NCBI GenBank assembly: GCA_963801815.1
Contig: CAWDGJ010000003.1
Coordinates: 768,001 to 832,000 of the forward strand
Direction of reading: 5' to 3'
Origin: an uncultured Verrucomicrobiae bacterium
GTDB taxonomy: Bacteria; Verrucomicrobiota; Verrucomicrobiia; Chthoniobacterales; UBA10450
DNA: 64,000 nt
In this document: positions 42,574-51,565 of the stretch, piece after piece
How positions within the stretch are numbered: the first letter of the stretch is position 1
Layout of the letters: each line of letters opens with the position of its first letter
Notes under the pieces: model-generated
Seen by the model: only the letters and a program-made list of their open reading frames with translations
Databases searched by the model: none
Told to the model about the DNA's origin: nothing
Program-made: the position numbers and the translations under genes

Positions 42574-43494
42574 ATGAGTGTGCTAATTGTTGGTTCGATT
42601 GCGCTCGACACTGTGAAAACGCCGGTGGAAGAGCACAGCGACTTATTAGGCGGTTCAGCATCCTACGCCGCCTCGGCCGCCAGCTATTTCTCGCCGGTGC
42701 GATTGGTCGGCGTGGTTGGCGACGACTTTCCACAAAGCGAGTTCGATTTTTGGAAATCCCGAAAGATCGACACCGCGGGTGTGCAACGCGTGGACGGCAA
42801 AACGTTTCGCTGGTCAGGTGAGTACGCCTGGGACCTGAACACCCGCGAGACGCGCTCGGTCGCGCTCAATGTTTTTGAAACGTTTCAGCCAAAGTTACCG
42901 GAATCGTATCGGGCGACCGATTTCGTTTTGCTGGCGAACATCGCGCCCGCATTGCAGTCGCACGTACTCAATCAAATGAAGAAGCCACGCTTCGTCGTCG
43001 CCGATACCATGGATCTGTGGATCGAGACCACGCGCAAGGATCTCGATGCGCTTCTCCCGAATGTGGACCTTCTGATCTTAAATGACAGCGAAGCGCGGGA
43101 AATGACCAAGGAGACGAGCCTGATCAAGGCGGGTCGCGGCATTCGAAAAATGGGACCGCGCTATGTCGCAATCAAGAAAGGCGAGCATGGTGCGCTGCTT
43201 TTTGGTGACAACGAGTTTTTCAGCTGCGGCGCGTACCCGCTGGAAGATATTCACGATCCGACCGGAGCGGGGGACACGTTTGCGGGCGGAATGGCCGGCT
43301 ATCTGGCGGGGACGATCGGCGGCAGTAAAATTACTTTTACTGCTCTCCGCAAAGCGATGATCTACGGCAGCGTGCTGGCGAGCTTTTGCGTCGAAGCATT
43401 CAGTCTGGAGAAATTGCGCAACCTGACCATGGACGAGATTAACGAGCGTTACGAAACGTTCAAGATGATGAGCCAATTCGAAATGATTGAATGA
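42574..43494 (+). CDS. PfkB family kinase
   Basis: GGSASY, NDSEA, KKGEHG, DPTGAGDTFAGG. Confidence 0.93.
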   Translation: MSVLIVGSIALDTVKTPVEEHSDLLGGSASYAASAASYFSPVRLVGVVGDDFPQSEFDFWKSRKIDTAGVQRVDGKTFRWSGEYAWDLNTRETRSVALNVFETFQPKLPESYRATDFVLLANIAPALQSHVLNQMKKPRFVVADTMDLWIETTRKDLDALLPNVDLLILNDSEAREMTKETSLIKAGRGIRKMGPRYVAIKKGEHGALLFGDNEFFSCGAYPLEDIHDPTGAGDTFAGGMAGYLAGTIGGSKITFTALRKAMIYGSVLASFCVEAFSLEKLRNLTMDEINERYETFKMMSQFEMIE

Positions 43495-43598
43495 TTCGCG
43501 AATTGCGTTTTCGGCGTGCTCAGTACTCTTTTTTGCTTTACCCCGCAGAGCTGGTCTTGATAAAAAGGGGTCAAAGGTAGGGCTCAAGGAAACAAGGT

Positions 43599-44924
43599 GT
43601 GATTTGGCGATGGCTTCTTGTTTTAAGTGCGCTGCTATTTGCCAACAGCGCGAATTGCGGCAGCGGCTACCAATACACAAGAGACGGCAAGACGTTAATC
43701 TGGAATAACTTTCTTCACCGCGGTGACGCAGCGGCTTGGTCGGGCAGCCGCGACTCGGCTGGGTTCGCCACTGGATATGGAACGCTGACGTTGTACAAGC
43801 GCGGGCAGACCATCATTACTGGATCGAACATTCCTTCTTCCACCAACGCTAGCGTCGTCGTCCTCAGCCGTTACTCGGGGCAGATGGTCCGAGGAAAATT
43901 TCAGGGACCGGTAGTCAACATCGATGCGAACGGACGGGTCTCTCACGGCACCTTCGTAAACGGGAGCAAAACCTCCGACCGGGTGGAAGGACGTATCGCG
44001 TATACCAATCCTCCATTGGTTCAACGCGCTCCGAAAAGTGATGCAAAAAAAGAGACTGCGCCGCCGAGCGTGGGATCACCACTGCCGTCCAGCAATCCAC
44101 CATTGGTTCAACACGCTCCGAAAAGTGCCGGTAGAGAAGAGCCCGCTCCGCCGGCGGCGGGACCGTCGCTTGACGAACATGACGCTACAAAAGCTTCGGG
44201 CAGCATTGCGGACACCAAGCCGGCATTTGGTGAATCTTTGCAAGCGGTAACACCGCCGTCGTCATTGCGAGCGCCCGTGATAGCGGCGATTGCGACACCC
44301 GCGTCCGTCTCGGCCCCGCCGCCACAGCCGTCGGTAAGTCCGATTGGGGTGGAGCCCGTGGTCAGAAACCGCATCATTGCGGACTTCAAGCAAGAAACCG
44401 AATCGGTTGTCTCGCGCGTGAGTGATGCGACGGGTAACTTCCACGAGGTCGATCGCCTTGATTCTGTGCAAGAGCTGCCGACCTCGGTATCCGAAACCGT
44501 TGACGCACTGATGGATCGGGCGCGGGACTGTCGGGCTAAGCTTGGATACGAAACGGCGTTGCGCGAGTGTCGAATGGAAACGCAAACCACAGACGCCCTA
44601 TCCGTTGTCGATCAAGTAACGCATAACATTGCCACTGGTAACGCGGCCGAAGCCGGAACCAGGGTAAGTGAATTCCTCAAAAATAATCCGGAGCCTCCCG
44701 GTGAGAGTCGGAAAAACCTCTGGGGTTATCTAGCTTCCGTGCGGTCATCGTGTAGCCGGTCGGAGAAGGATGCCGATGTCCATTTGCAACAGGCGCAGTT
44801 ATTCGTTTCGGCGGGCAAAATAGGCGATGCGATCCGCGAGTATCAGGAGGCGCTCCGAATATTCCCAACTCCGGCGACTGCGGAGAAAATCCGTCGGCTT
44901 CAGGAAAACAGTCTCGGATTGTGA
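43599..44924 (+). CDS. Secreted hypothetical protein: MORN-like beta region, Pro-rich linker, helical/TPR-like C-terminus
   Basis: Signal peptide; WSG...G.GTL...YSGQMVRGKFQG; C-terminal GKIGDAIREYQEALRIFP. Confidence 0.65.
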   Translation: MIWRWLLVLSALLFANSANCGSGYQYTRDGKTLIWNNFLHRGDAAAWSGSRDSAGFATGYGTLTLYKRGQTIITGSNIPSSTNASVVVLSRYSGQMVRGKFQGPVVNIDANGRVSHGTFVNGSKTSDRVEGRIAYTNPPLVQRAPKSDAKKETAPPSVGSPLPSSNPPLVQHAPKSAGREEPAPPAAGPSLDEHDATKASGSIADTKPAFGESLQAVTPPSSLRAPVIAAIATPASVSAPPPQPSVSPIGVEPVVRNRIIADFKQETESVVSRVSDATGNFHEVDRLDSVQELPTSVSETVDALMDRARDCRAKLGYETALRECRMETQTTDALSVVDQVTHNIATGNAAEAGTRVSEFLKNNPEPPGESRKNLWGYLASVRSSCSRSEKDADVHLQQAQLFVSAGKIGDAIREYQEALRIFPTPATAEKIRRLQENSLGL

Positions 44925-46120
44925 AGAAACAATATTTCTTCGGTTATTTGTTTGTTGGCGGTGCCAAGATATTTGCGCTCCTGGTGATCGCGGCCGGCAT
45001 TGGATTTTGTCTGCTCCAATATTCCCAGGCCAAGACCGCGGCGGCGGCGGTGGCTTACCAGCCTTCCCAAAAGCTGCAAGAAGCGCTTCGAAAATTGCAG
45101 GAGGCCGTTTCCACAACGGTAGAAATCGTCGACTCGTTCGACAAAGACAACGAAACAACGCAACCGACAGTCGAGCCGCCGGCGGTTCCCGCAGTAATTG
45201 AGTCGAACGATGACTTCGAGCGCGTGGGTGAAGAATTGCTTCGAATCAATCAGGACCGACAAGATTTGAAGCAATCGGTTGTGAATCGCTTTGAAACTTC
45301 GGTCGCGAGTATTGAAGAAAAGCTCCGCACCTACGCGGCAAGCTTGGATTCCTCTCGGACCGCAGGCGCGCCAGTAACTGCTCCGAGCCCCGCGATCGCG
45401 GCGGTTTTGGCCACCTCGCCGCGGCAACAAAATACTTTTTTGTACTCACCGAAGCTGGCGGCGGGTGATATTAAGGACCGCAAAGCGAGCCTGGCTCAGC
45501 GAAAAGAATTCATCAAATTTCTCGAGAGCAAAGCCGAGAACGCCGAGAATCGAGCGATACTTAACGAGGCGGCAAATCAAATGGATCAGCTGAGCAAGCT
45601 GCTCCCGGAGAAAATTGAAACACCGGTCGCTTCTCAATTAAGCTCCGCTTTCCCCACGAACGAGCCTCCCGCGGACAAGGGCGGTGCAGTTTCGCTCTCC
45701 GAGCGCGTTGCCGGACAACTTGAGCAGCTTCGCAACGAAGTCAGGCAGGCGCTGCTCACTTCATGGAAACTTGATGACGCTTTCGATCAAGCCAATGAAC
45801 TGACTTCGGTTGAGCGCGAGAAATGCCGGGTTGCCACGCTGAGTCAACAAGGCATCTGGTTGTCGGCCGGGTCGAAAATGCTGCCTGGGCTGTTTGTGGC
45901 AGTTTTGCTGAGTTTTCTCATTCTTGTCTTTGCCGATCTCGTCCGCACCCTTCTTGATACCGCAGCGAATACCGGGACCGTCGCGGACGCGGTTAACGCC
46001 CTTCGGGGATCGTTTAGGACTGGAGCCTCCTCGCCAACCGAATCGATCTTCGAAGTCGCGAACAAGGAAGATAAGCACATCGTGGAAGACGAAGAGACGC
46101 CCGTCGCAGGCGGATCTTGA
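44921..46120 (+). CDS. Hypothetical 2-TM protein with a large helical extracytoplasmic domain
   Basis: GTGA overlap with the upstream gene; TM near each end; coiled-coil-like middle. Confidence 0.65.
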   Translation: MKKQYFFGYLFVGGAKIFALLVIAAGIGFCLLQYSQAKTAAAAVAYQPSQKLQEALRKLQEAVSTTVEIVDSFDKDNETTQPTVEPPAVPAVIESNDDFERVGEELLRINQDRQDLKQSVVNRFETSVASIEEKLRTYAASLDSSRTAGAPVTAPSPAIAAVLATSPRQQNTFLYSPKLAAGDIKDRKASLAQRKEFIKFLESKAENAENRAILNEAANQMDQLSKLLPEKIETPVASQLSSAFPTNEPPADKGGAVSLSERVAGQLEQLRNEVRQALLTSWKLDDAFDQANELTSVEREKCRVATLSQQGIWLSAGSKMLPGLFVAVLLSFLILVFADLVRTLLDTAANTGTVADAVNALRGSFRTGASSPTESIFEVANKEDKHIVEDEETPVAGGS

Positions 46121-46151
46121 AACGATTTTGAAATTTGTCCCGTGGTCGGAT

Positions 46152-47840
46152 TTATTCCCGGCCGAGTAAGGCAAAGATCTCGGTGGGTTTTTGTTTTCCC
46201 TTTACGGCAACTTCGCCGAGCCGCCGTGTCTGATACTTTCGCTTTGCTTTGCCAAGAGTACAACCGCTGATGATAATGCGTGCTTGGTACTCTGACGTTT
46301 TGGTCAGGCCTTCGAGTCGCGAAGCGAGATTAACGCCGTCGCCAATCACAGTGTAATTCAGGCGCGTTGCGGATCCCATGTTGCCGGCGACAACAACGTC
46401 GGTGTTAATCCCGATACCGACGCCGATCGTTGGCAATCCGCGTTTTTGCCATCGCCGATTGAGATCATCCAAGGCCTCAGTCATTTCGAGCGCCGACTGC
46501 ATCGCGCGATCCGCGTCGTCGGCATTGGCGAGCGGCGCTCCGAAAAGCGCCATGAGTGCGTCGCCCATGTACTTGTCGACCACGCCGCCGTGCTTTTCGA
46601 TTATCGCGCTCATTCCAGTGAAGTAGCGGTTCAGAATTCCCAACATCTCCTGCGGCTTAAGTTTCTCACTCATGCTGGTAAAGTTGCGAAGGTCGGAGAA
46701 AAGCACGGTCACTTCTCGTTCTTCTCCGCCAAGTGAGACTTCCTTTTTCAAGAGTTCCGCGGCGACTTCCGGCGAGACAACCTTGCCTAACAAGTCGCGG
46801 ACGCGGTCGCGTTCGGCCAGGCCGACGCTCATTTGGTTAAAGGAATCGGCCAGCGAGCCGAGTTCGTCCTGCTGTTTGAGACGGACACGATGCCGGTAAT
46901 CGCCGGTGGCGATTTTGCGTGCGCCTTCGGCGAGTTGCAGCACGGGTTTAGAAACACCGCGGGCCATCCAGGCGCCGACCGCAACAGAGACGACGAGGCC
47001 AAGCAGCGCCAAGATCAAAAAAGTGCGCTCCAATCGAACATAAGGCGCGAGCTCCTGGTCGAGTGAACGCTGCAAGAGCGCGATAGGGTTTCCATTTTCC
47101 GCGGGCAACGGAACGGCATAGCTCAAGAAATCCTCGCCGCCGAGGCGAAGATCGACAATCTGTTTTGGGGGAAGTTGCGTCTCGCTTAGAGTCTTTGAAG
47201 CAAGACGCCGCCTTTCGAGTGTGCTGCCGAAGAGATTCGATCCATCCACGAAAGTGATCTCTGAGTTGGTGTATGTTTTAATCTCGCGAGCAAAGTTATC
47301 GTCGATTCGGAAACCAGGACAAAGCCACGCGATCGGATCAGGCGCGAGGAGCGGCGCCACAGCCATCGCGAAAAGTTCGCCATCAAAAAGAACAAATGCG
47401 TAGCTGGATTCCGTGTTTTCGGCCCGCTCGATCAATTTGGGAAAGGGAAAGGGAACATCGTGAAGGCCCGGCCGGTGTGTATCAAAGAGAAGTTGCTTCT
47501 TCAGCGAAGCGATCCACACCACGTCCGCTTTTACCCGACTTTGCAGGCTGGCCAGCGCCGATAGAGTTGTTTCCCGGTCCTCGTTTGCGCCCGCGAAAGC
47601 CTCTTGAAAAGCATGATCCCGGGAAAGAACGGCCGCGGCGCTGCTGATCTGCTGATTGCGTTGCTCGATTAGTTTTTCGAAAATTTGTGCTCCGGTGCGC
47701 AGACTCAAATCGATTTGAGCAAGTGCATGCCGACGATTGGCGCTTCGAACGACAAAATAGGTGACGCATTGCAGCAGCGTGAGGAGGGCAATTAGGAAGA
47801 AAAGCAGCCGGGTGCGGAAACGGCGAAATCGAAATTTCAG
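46152..47840 (-). CDS. Class III adenylate cyclase (TM-Cache-like-TM-HAMP-cyclase), probable CTG start
   Basis: FSDLRNFT, DKYMGDA, NYTVIGDGVNLASRLE; the frame stays open 44 codons upstream of 47708 and encodes TM1 (FRTRLLFFLIALLTLLQ). Confidence 0.9.
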   Translation of the reverse strand: MKFRFRRFRTRLLFFLIALLTLLQCVTYFVVRSANRRHALAQIDLSLRTGAQIFEKLIEQRNQQISSAAAVLSRDHAFQEAFAGANEDRETTLSALASLQSRVKADVVWIASLKKQLLFDTHRPGLHDVPFPFPKLIERAENTESSYAFVLFDGELFAMAVAPLLAPDPIAWLCPGFRIDDNFAREIKTYTNSEITFVDGSNLFGSTLERRRLASKTLSETQLPPKQIVDLRLGGEDFLSYAVPLPAENGNPIALLQRSLDQELAPYVRLERTFLILALLGLVVSVAVGAWMARGVSKPVLQLAEGARKIATGDYRHRVRLKQQDELGSLADSFNQMSVGLAERDRVRDLLGKVVSPEVAAELLKKEVSLGGEEREVTVLFSDLRNFTSMSEKLKPQEMLGILNRYFTGMSAIIEKHGGVVDKYMGDALMALFGAPLANADDADRAMQSALEMTEALDDLNRRWQKRGLPTIGVGIGINTDVVVAGNMGSATRLNYTVIGDGVNLASRLEGLTKTSEYQARIIISGCTLGKAKRKYQTRRLGEVAVKGKQKPTEIFALLGRE

Positions 47841-48487
47841 CGATAGCCTCCCGTCGAGAGTCCAGGTGCGCGTTTGGCCCTAAAGTCCGGTTTCAAATCC
47901 AAAGTGAAGAGCAACGTCTTCGTTCCACTGGCGGAAAGCTCGACAGTTTGGGCGAACTGCTCCGGTGTGCCTTTGAGCGAGGGTTGCCAGACTTCGACTG
48001 TATATTGCCCGGCCGGCACATCCTTCACCACGGCGCGACCTTCGCTTCCGGTGACCTGGAAGTGAGGTGTCGGCAGTACGGCGACGTAAGCAATCATCCA
48101 ATCGTGAATGTTACACCCGAGCGTTACAAATCCGACGTTGTCGAAAACGACCGGTTTGGCCGGAACGCCGCTGTAAAGAGGCAGCTCGAACTTCTTCGCC
48201 GGGGAGAATGAGTAAACGTGATGACGAATATTGTCGCTGTTTGGGAACATAATGGAGGTGCCAACCTGCACGGCAGTTACATAGGGCACGAATTGTTTGT
48301 CGCGTTGATCGACGACCGCTTGTTTCTTTACCAGTCCGGAACTTGCGCCATTTCTCTGCGCGTAGACGACAGCGTCGGAAACTGCAGCTCCCTTTGTGTC
48401 CTTGACTGTCACATCGAGCGACGCAGCGTCCAAGCGGAGGCCCAAACCAACCAGAACCAGGAGACTCATTGCGCGAATACCGTTCAT
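47837..48487 (-). CDS. Exported cupredoxin-domain protein ('methylamine utilization protein'-like)
   Basis: Signal peptide; QRDKQFVPYV, FPNSDNIRHHVYS, GCNIHDWM (H/C/H/M type-1 Cu ligands). Confidence 0.85.
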   Translation of the reverse strand: MNGIRAMSLLVLVGLGLRLDAASLDVTVKDTKGAAVSDAVVYAQRNGASSGLVKKQAVVDQRDKQFVPYVTAVQVGTSIMFPNSDNIRHHVYSFSPAKKFELPLYSGVPAKPVVFDNVGFVTLGCNIHDWMIAYVAVLPTPHFQVTGSEGRAVVKDVPAGQYTVEVWQPSLKGTPEQFAQTVELSASGTKTLLFTLDLKPDFRAKRAPGLSTGGYR

Positions 48488-49339
48488 TTAATAGGTAAGC
48501 AACACCTTCGCAGCTACCAAATGGTTCTCGTACTGCAACGGGTCGTGCAAGGTGACAGCGTACTCGTAGTCGACTTCGATAGATGCATATTTGTTTACGA
48601 CATAAGCGGCCGATACAGAAACGCCATGGGTTCGGCCTAACATTCTATAGGCCGTGAACAGCGGATTACTTCCGAACGTTTTGTCGTCTTCGCGTTCCTC
48701 ACTTGCCAGTCGGGCAATGTCCGGTCTCGGCGGGACAGCGTAGGAAATAACATCTCCCTCTCGATAATTATAGCCGACGGCGATTCGGAAAGACGAAGTG
48801 GGGTCGACGATTACGCGGGCGCTGGCGCGGTGATCCTGACGATCATAAAATGTATCGGGCACGGCATAGTTTTCGAAAGCGTAACCGGCCTCGAGCGCGA
48901 CCCGCTCCGCCAAGGACATTCCGCCCTTGAGATCGATTACCTCGTCATAGCCGCTGCGTTCGGTATCCTGGAATCGGTCATAACCAAACCGATTTTCGAG
49001 CAGAATCCAAGGCGCTTGTCGCCCAAGTCCAAATCGGTAACGCAGCCCGGTCAACGCGCCGATTCCAACTTCGTTGAACGAACCGAATCGGTCCCAAAGT
49101 TCGCCGCGCAAATCAGCGCCGATGTTTAATCGTAGGTCGCGCGTCAGCTGAAAAGCATCGTTGGCGCGCACGTCGTTTCTCCACGCCCAATCGTCTCGCA
49201 CATCCGATGTGCGGTCGGAATTCGATAAATTGCTGTCGTAAAACGTGCCGGTTTCAGCATCGAAATGCCACTCAGCTTGCGCGTGACTAAACGTCATCGC
49301 GCACAACGCGCAGAGGACTATCGGCGTCGTCCGTTTCAT
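48488..49339 (-). CDS. Putative outer-membrane beta-barrel protein
   Basis: Signal peptide (AQA-E), YDSN, amphipathic beta strands, C-terminal aromatic residue (VLLTY). Confidence 0.75.
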   Translation of the reverse strand: MKRTTPIVLCALCAMTFSHAQAEWHFDAETGTFYDSNLSNSDRTSDVRDDWAWRNDVRANDAFQLTRDLRLNIGADLRGELWDRFGSFNEVGIGALTGLRYRFGLGRQAPWILLENRFGYDRFQDTERSGYDEVIDLKGGMSLAERVALEAGYAFENYAVPDTFYDRQDHRASARVIVDPTSSFRIAVGYNYREGDVISYAVPPRPDIARLASEEREDDKTFGSNPLFTAYRMLGRTHGVSVSAAYVVNKYASIEVDYEYAVTLHDPLQYENHLVAAKVLLTY

Positions 49340-49345
49340 AACAAG

Positions 49346-49419
49346 CGCGCCCGAGAGGATTCGAACCACTAACCTTCTGATCCGTAGTCAGATGCTCTAT
49401 CCAGTTGAGCTACGGGCGC
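49346..49419 (-). tRNA. tRNA-Arg (anticodon ACG), CCA not encoded
   Basis: GCGCCCGTAGCTCAACTGGATAGAGCATCTGACTACGGATCAGAAGGTTAGTGGTTCGAATCCTCTCGGGCGCG cloverleaf. Confidence 0.96.
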
Positions 49420-49538
49420 CCGTAAACAAGAGCCGCTAATTTGCGGAGGAAGCAAGCTCCGTCAATGGAGCTGCCTGGCAAAAAATATTCAGCGATGCCA
49501 AACAGGGTACATCGCCCGGGCAATCGCGGAAGGAGAAC

Positions 49539-51371
49539 TTAAGGCGAGGGGGGCATCGTACGACTCGCGCGATAACGATCGATGTCCATCCGAAGCTGAT
49601 CGGTTAAAACTGAGTTGTGGTCACTCTCTGCCAGGCCTAACGCCTTCTGCGCCGCGTTAATTGCGTCTTCAAACTGGCCAGCTTCAGCATAGGTCGCTGC
49701 TAATTTCCGAATAATTACCGGGTCAGAACAAGTCGCAAGCAAGCCGGCAAGATTATTGAACACCCCTCCCTCATCATGGTGCGCGGCCAATGTTTTCTGC
49801 CAGGCTGCTACAGCTTCATCGGTGCGCCCCGCCCGATAAAGCGCGTACCCCAGATTTAACCCAGCGTGTTCATAACCAGGGTTCCATTCCGTAATTTTCG
49901 AATAGTGAAAGCTAGCTTTGTCCCATTCGCCGACTTGAGACAGCGCGTTAGCGAGGCCGTAGTGGACAACGGCGATAACCGAGGGCCCTTCTGTGATGCT
50001 GAGATCATTGGGCAGTTTAAGGGTCAATTCAAATTCGGGAATTGCCTCATCAAACCGGCCCTTATCCAGCAGCGCAAAGGCCAGCTGCCGATGGATCGAA
50101 ACGTTGTCTGTTATGAGACTCGCGGTTCGGCTCCAGATCGACACGCTGTCCTTCCAGTACGAAGCTTGAATCCACGTGCGCCAGCTTAAAAGCACGATCA
50201 TAACTGCAGCAGCAACGCTAGCCAGGGCACGTCGCCTTTGCGATCGAACGCACAAATCGCTCACTCCCCAGGTCACTAGAAAATACAATCCGATGTGCGG
50301 TAGATAGGTATAACGATCCGCCCGCCCTTGAATGCCCACAGGCACCAGCCCTATAACCGGCACCAACATCACCAGATACCACAGCCAGCCGGTAATGAAG
50401 TATGGATAGCCCTTGCGCAGCTTGATTGCCGCCATCGTGATAACGCTTAGTAATGTGGCAGCCGCTACTAACCGCCAGGCCGACAAGATCCCCAGCGGAT
50501 AGGGATAAAGGATCGCTAGCCTCACCGGCCAAAACAGTTGCTTGATGTAAGCAGCGTAATTGACAATTACTGTGTACCCCCGGACCCATAAAGGAAAAAG
50601 AACATGCAGTCCTTGCGGCTGCACCAGCAACGTCACCACGCAGGATATCGCCGAGAGGATAAGAAGCGGGATCTTTTCAATGACGAGGCATTTCAATGGT
50701 CTTTTGCTTACTCTTTTCAGCGGCCAATAATCGAGAAGCAGCAACACGATAGGCATTGTCACGAGCATCGGCTTGGACATGAGGCCGAGAATGAATAGAA
50801 GACCGACCAACGAATACTTACCTGCTGAGGGCGAGCGGCTGTACCAGACGTAAGCAGTCAGCGTCAGCATAAAAAAAACGCCGCTCAATACGTCTTTTCG
50901 CTCCGCTACCCAAGCCACCGATTCAACGTGAAGCGGGTGCACCGCAAAAACGGCTGCGACAAAGGCACTCCGCCATAAACGGTCAGTGATTGCCCGGAAA
51001 ACCAGGAAAAGGATAGTGGTCGCAATCGCGTGCAGCAGGACATTGGTGAAATGGTGGCCTGCGGGCTCAATCCCGTAGAGGTCGCAATCGATCATGTGCG
51101 AGATGGTGGTCACCGGGTGCCAGTTGTGGGAATGAGTATGAGTAAATGCCCAGGCAATTCCTTGAAGTGTAAGACCTTTCGTTACCTCTGCATTTTCAGT
51201 GACATAGGCCGGATCATCGTAGTTGATGAACTCATGCCCAAGCGTCTGACTAAAGAGCAGCCAAATAATCACTACTAGCCCAACGCAGACACAAACAACC
51301 ATGGAGCGACTTCCCGCCGGTTGATCGGTGTCGTAAACCAAGTCACCAGGTGTGCTCGCCGTCGAACTCAT
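49539..51371 (-). CDS. TMTC-like GT-C glycosyltransferase with C-terminal TPRs
   Basis: FINYDDPAYV, NWHPVT, HPLHVESVAWVAERKDVL, SKPM, ADRYTYLP, TPR repeats. Confidence 0.88.
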   Translation of the reverse strand: MSSTASTPGDLVYDTDQPAGSRSMVVCVCVGLVVIIWLLFSQTLGHEFINYDDPAYVTENAEVTKGLTLQGIAWAFTHTHSHNWHPVTTISHMIDCDLYGIEPAGHHFTNVLLHAIATTILFLVFRAITDRLWRSAFVAAVFAVHPLHVESVAWVAERKDVLSGVFFMLTLTAYVWYSRSPSAGKYSLVGLLFILGLMSKPMLVTMPIVLLLLDYWPLKRVSKRPLKCLVIEKIPLLILSAISCVVTLLVQPQGLHVLFPLWVRGYTVIVNYAAYIKQLFWPVRLAILYPYPLGILSAWRLVAAATLLSVITMAAIKLRKGYPYFITGWLWYLVMLVPVIGLVPVGIQGRADRYTYLPHIGLYFLVTWGVSDLCVRSQRRRALASVAAAVMIVLLSWRTWIQASYWKDSVSIWSRTASLITDNVSIHRQLAFALLDKGRFDEAIPEFELTLKLPNDLSITEGPSVIAVVHYGLANALSQVGEWDKASFHYSKITEWNPGYEHAGLNLGYALYRAGRTDEAVAAWQKTLAAHHDEGGVFNNLAGLLATCSDPVIIRKLAATYAEAGQFEDAINAAQKALGLAESDHNSVLTDQLRMDIDRYRASRTMPPSP

Positions 51372-51480
51372 GGATCTGAACAAGAACTTTACACAACTAG
51401 CCTCGAGTACGTCGATTAAACCTGATTCCGACCCCGCCCTAAACACGCACTGTTTTGTGCATGATCAAACACGCGTATTT

Positions 51481-51553
51481 AGAGTGAATAGTGAACGGCG
51501 GCAGGAGAGGAATGGATGTCGTCTTGCCTTGGCTCACTTTTCACTTCTCACTA
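51481..51553. repeat. Degenerate inverted heptamer array (GTGAA/TCACT)
   Basis: agagtgaatagtgaa ... ctcacttttcacttctcact. Confidence 0.55.
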
Positions 51554-51565
51554 ATCCCTCCTAAT

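Noticed and set aside
43495..49345. Prophage or integrative element at tRNA-Arg
   Set aside because: No integrase, phage gene or duplicated tRNA 3' end was found
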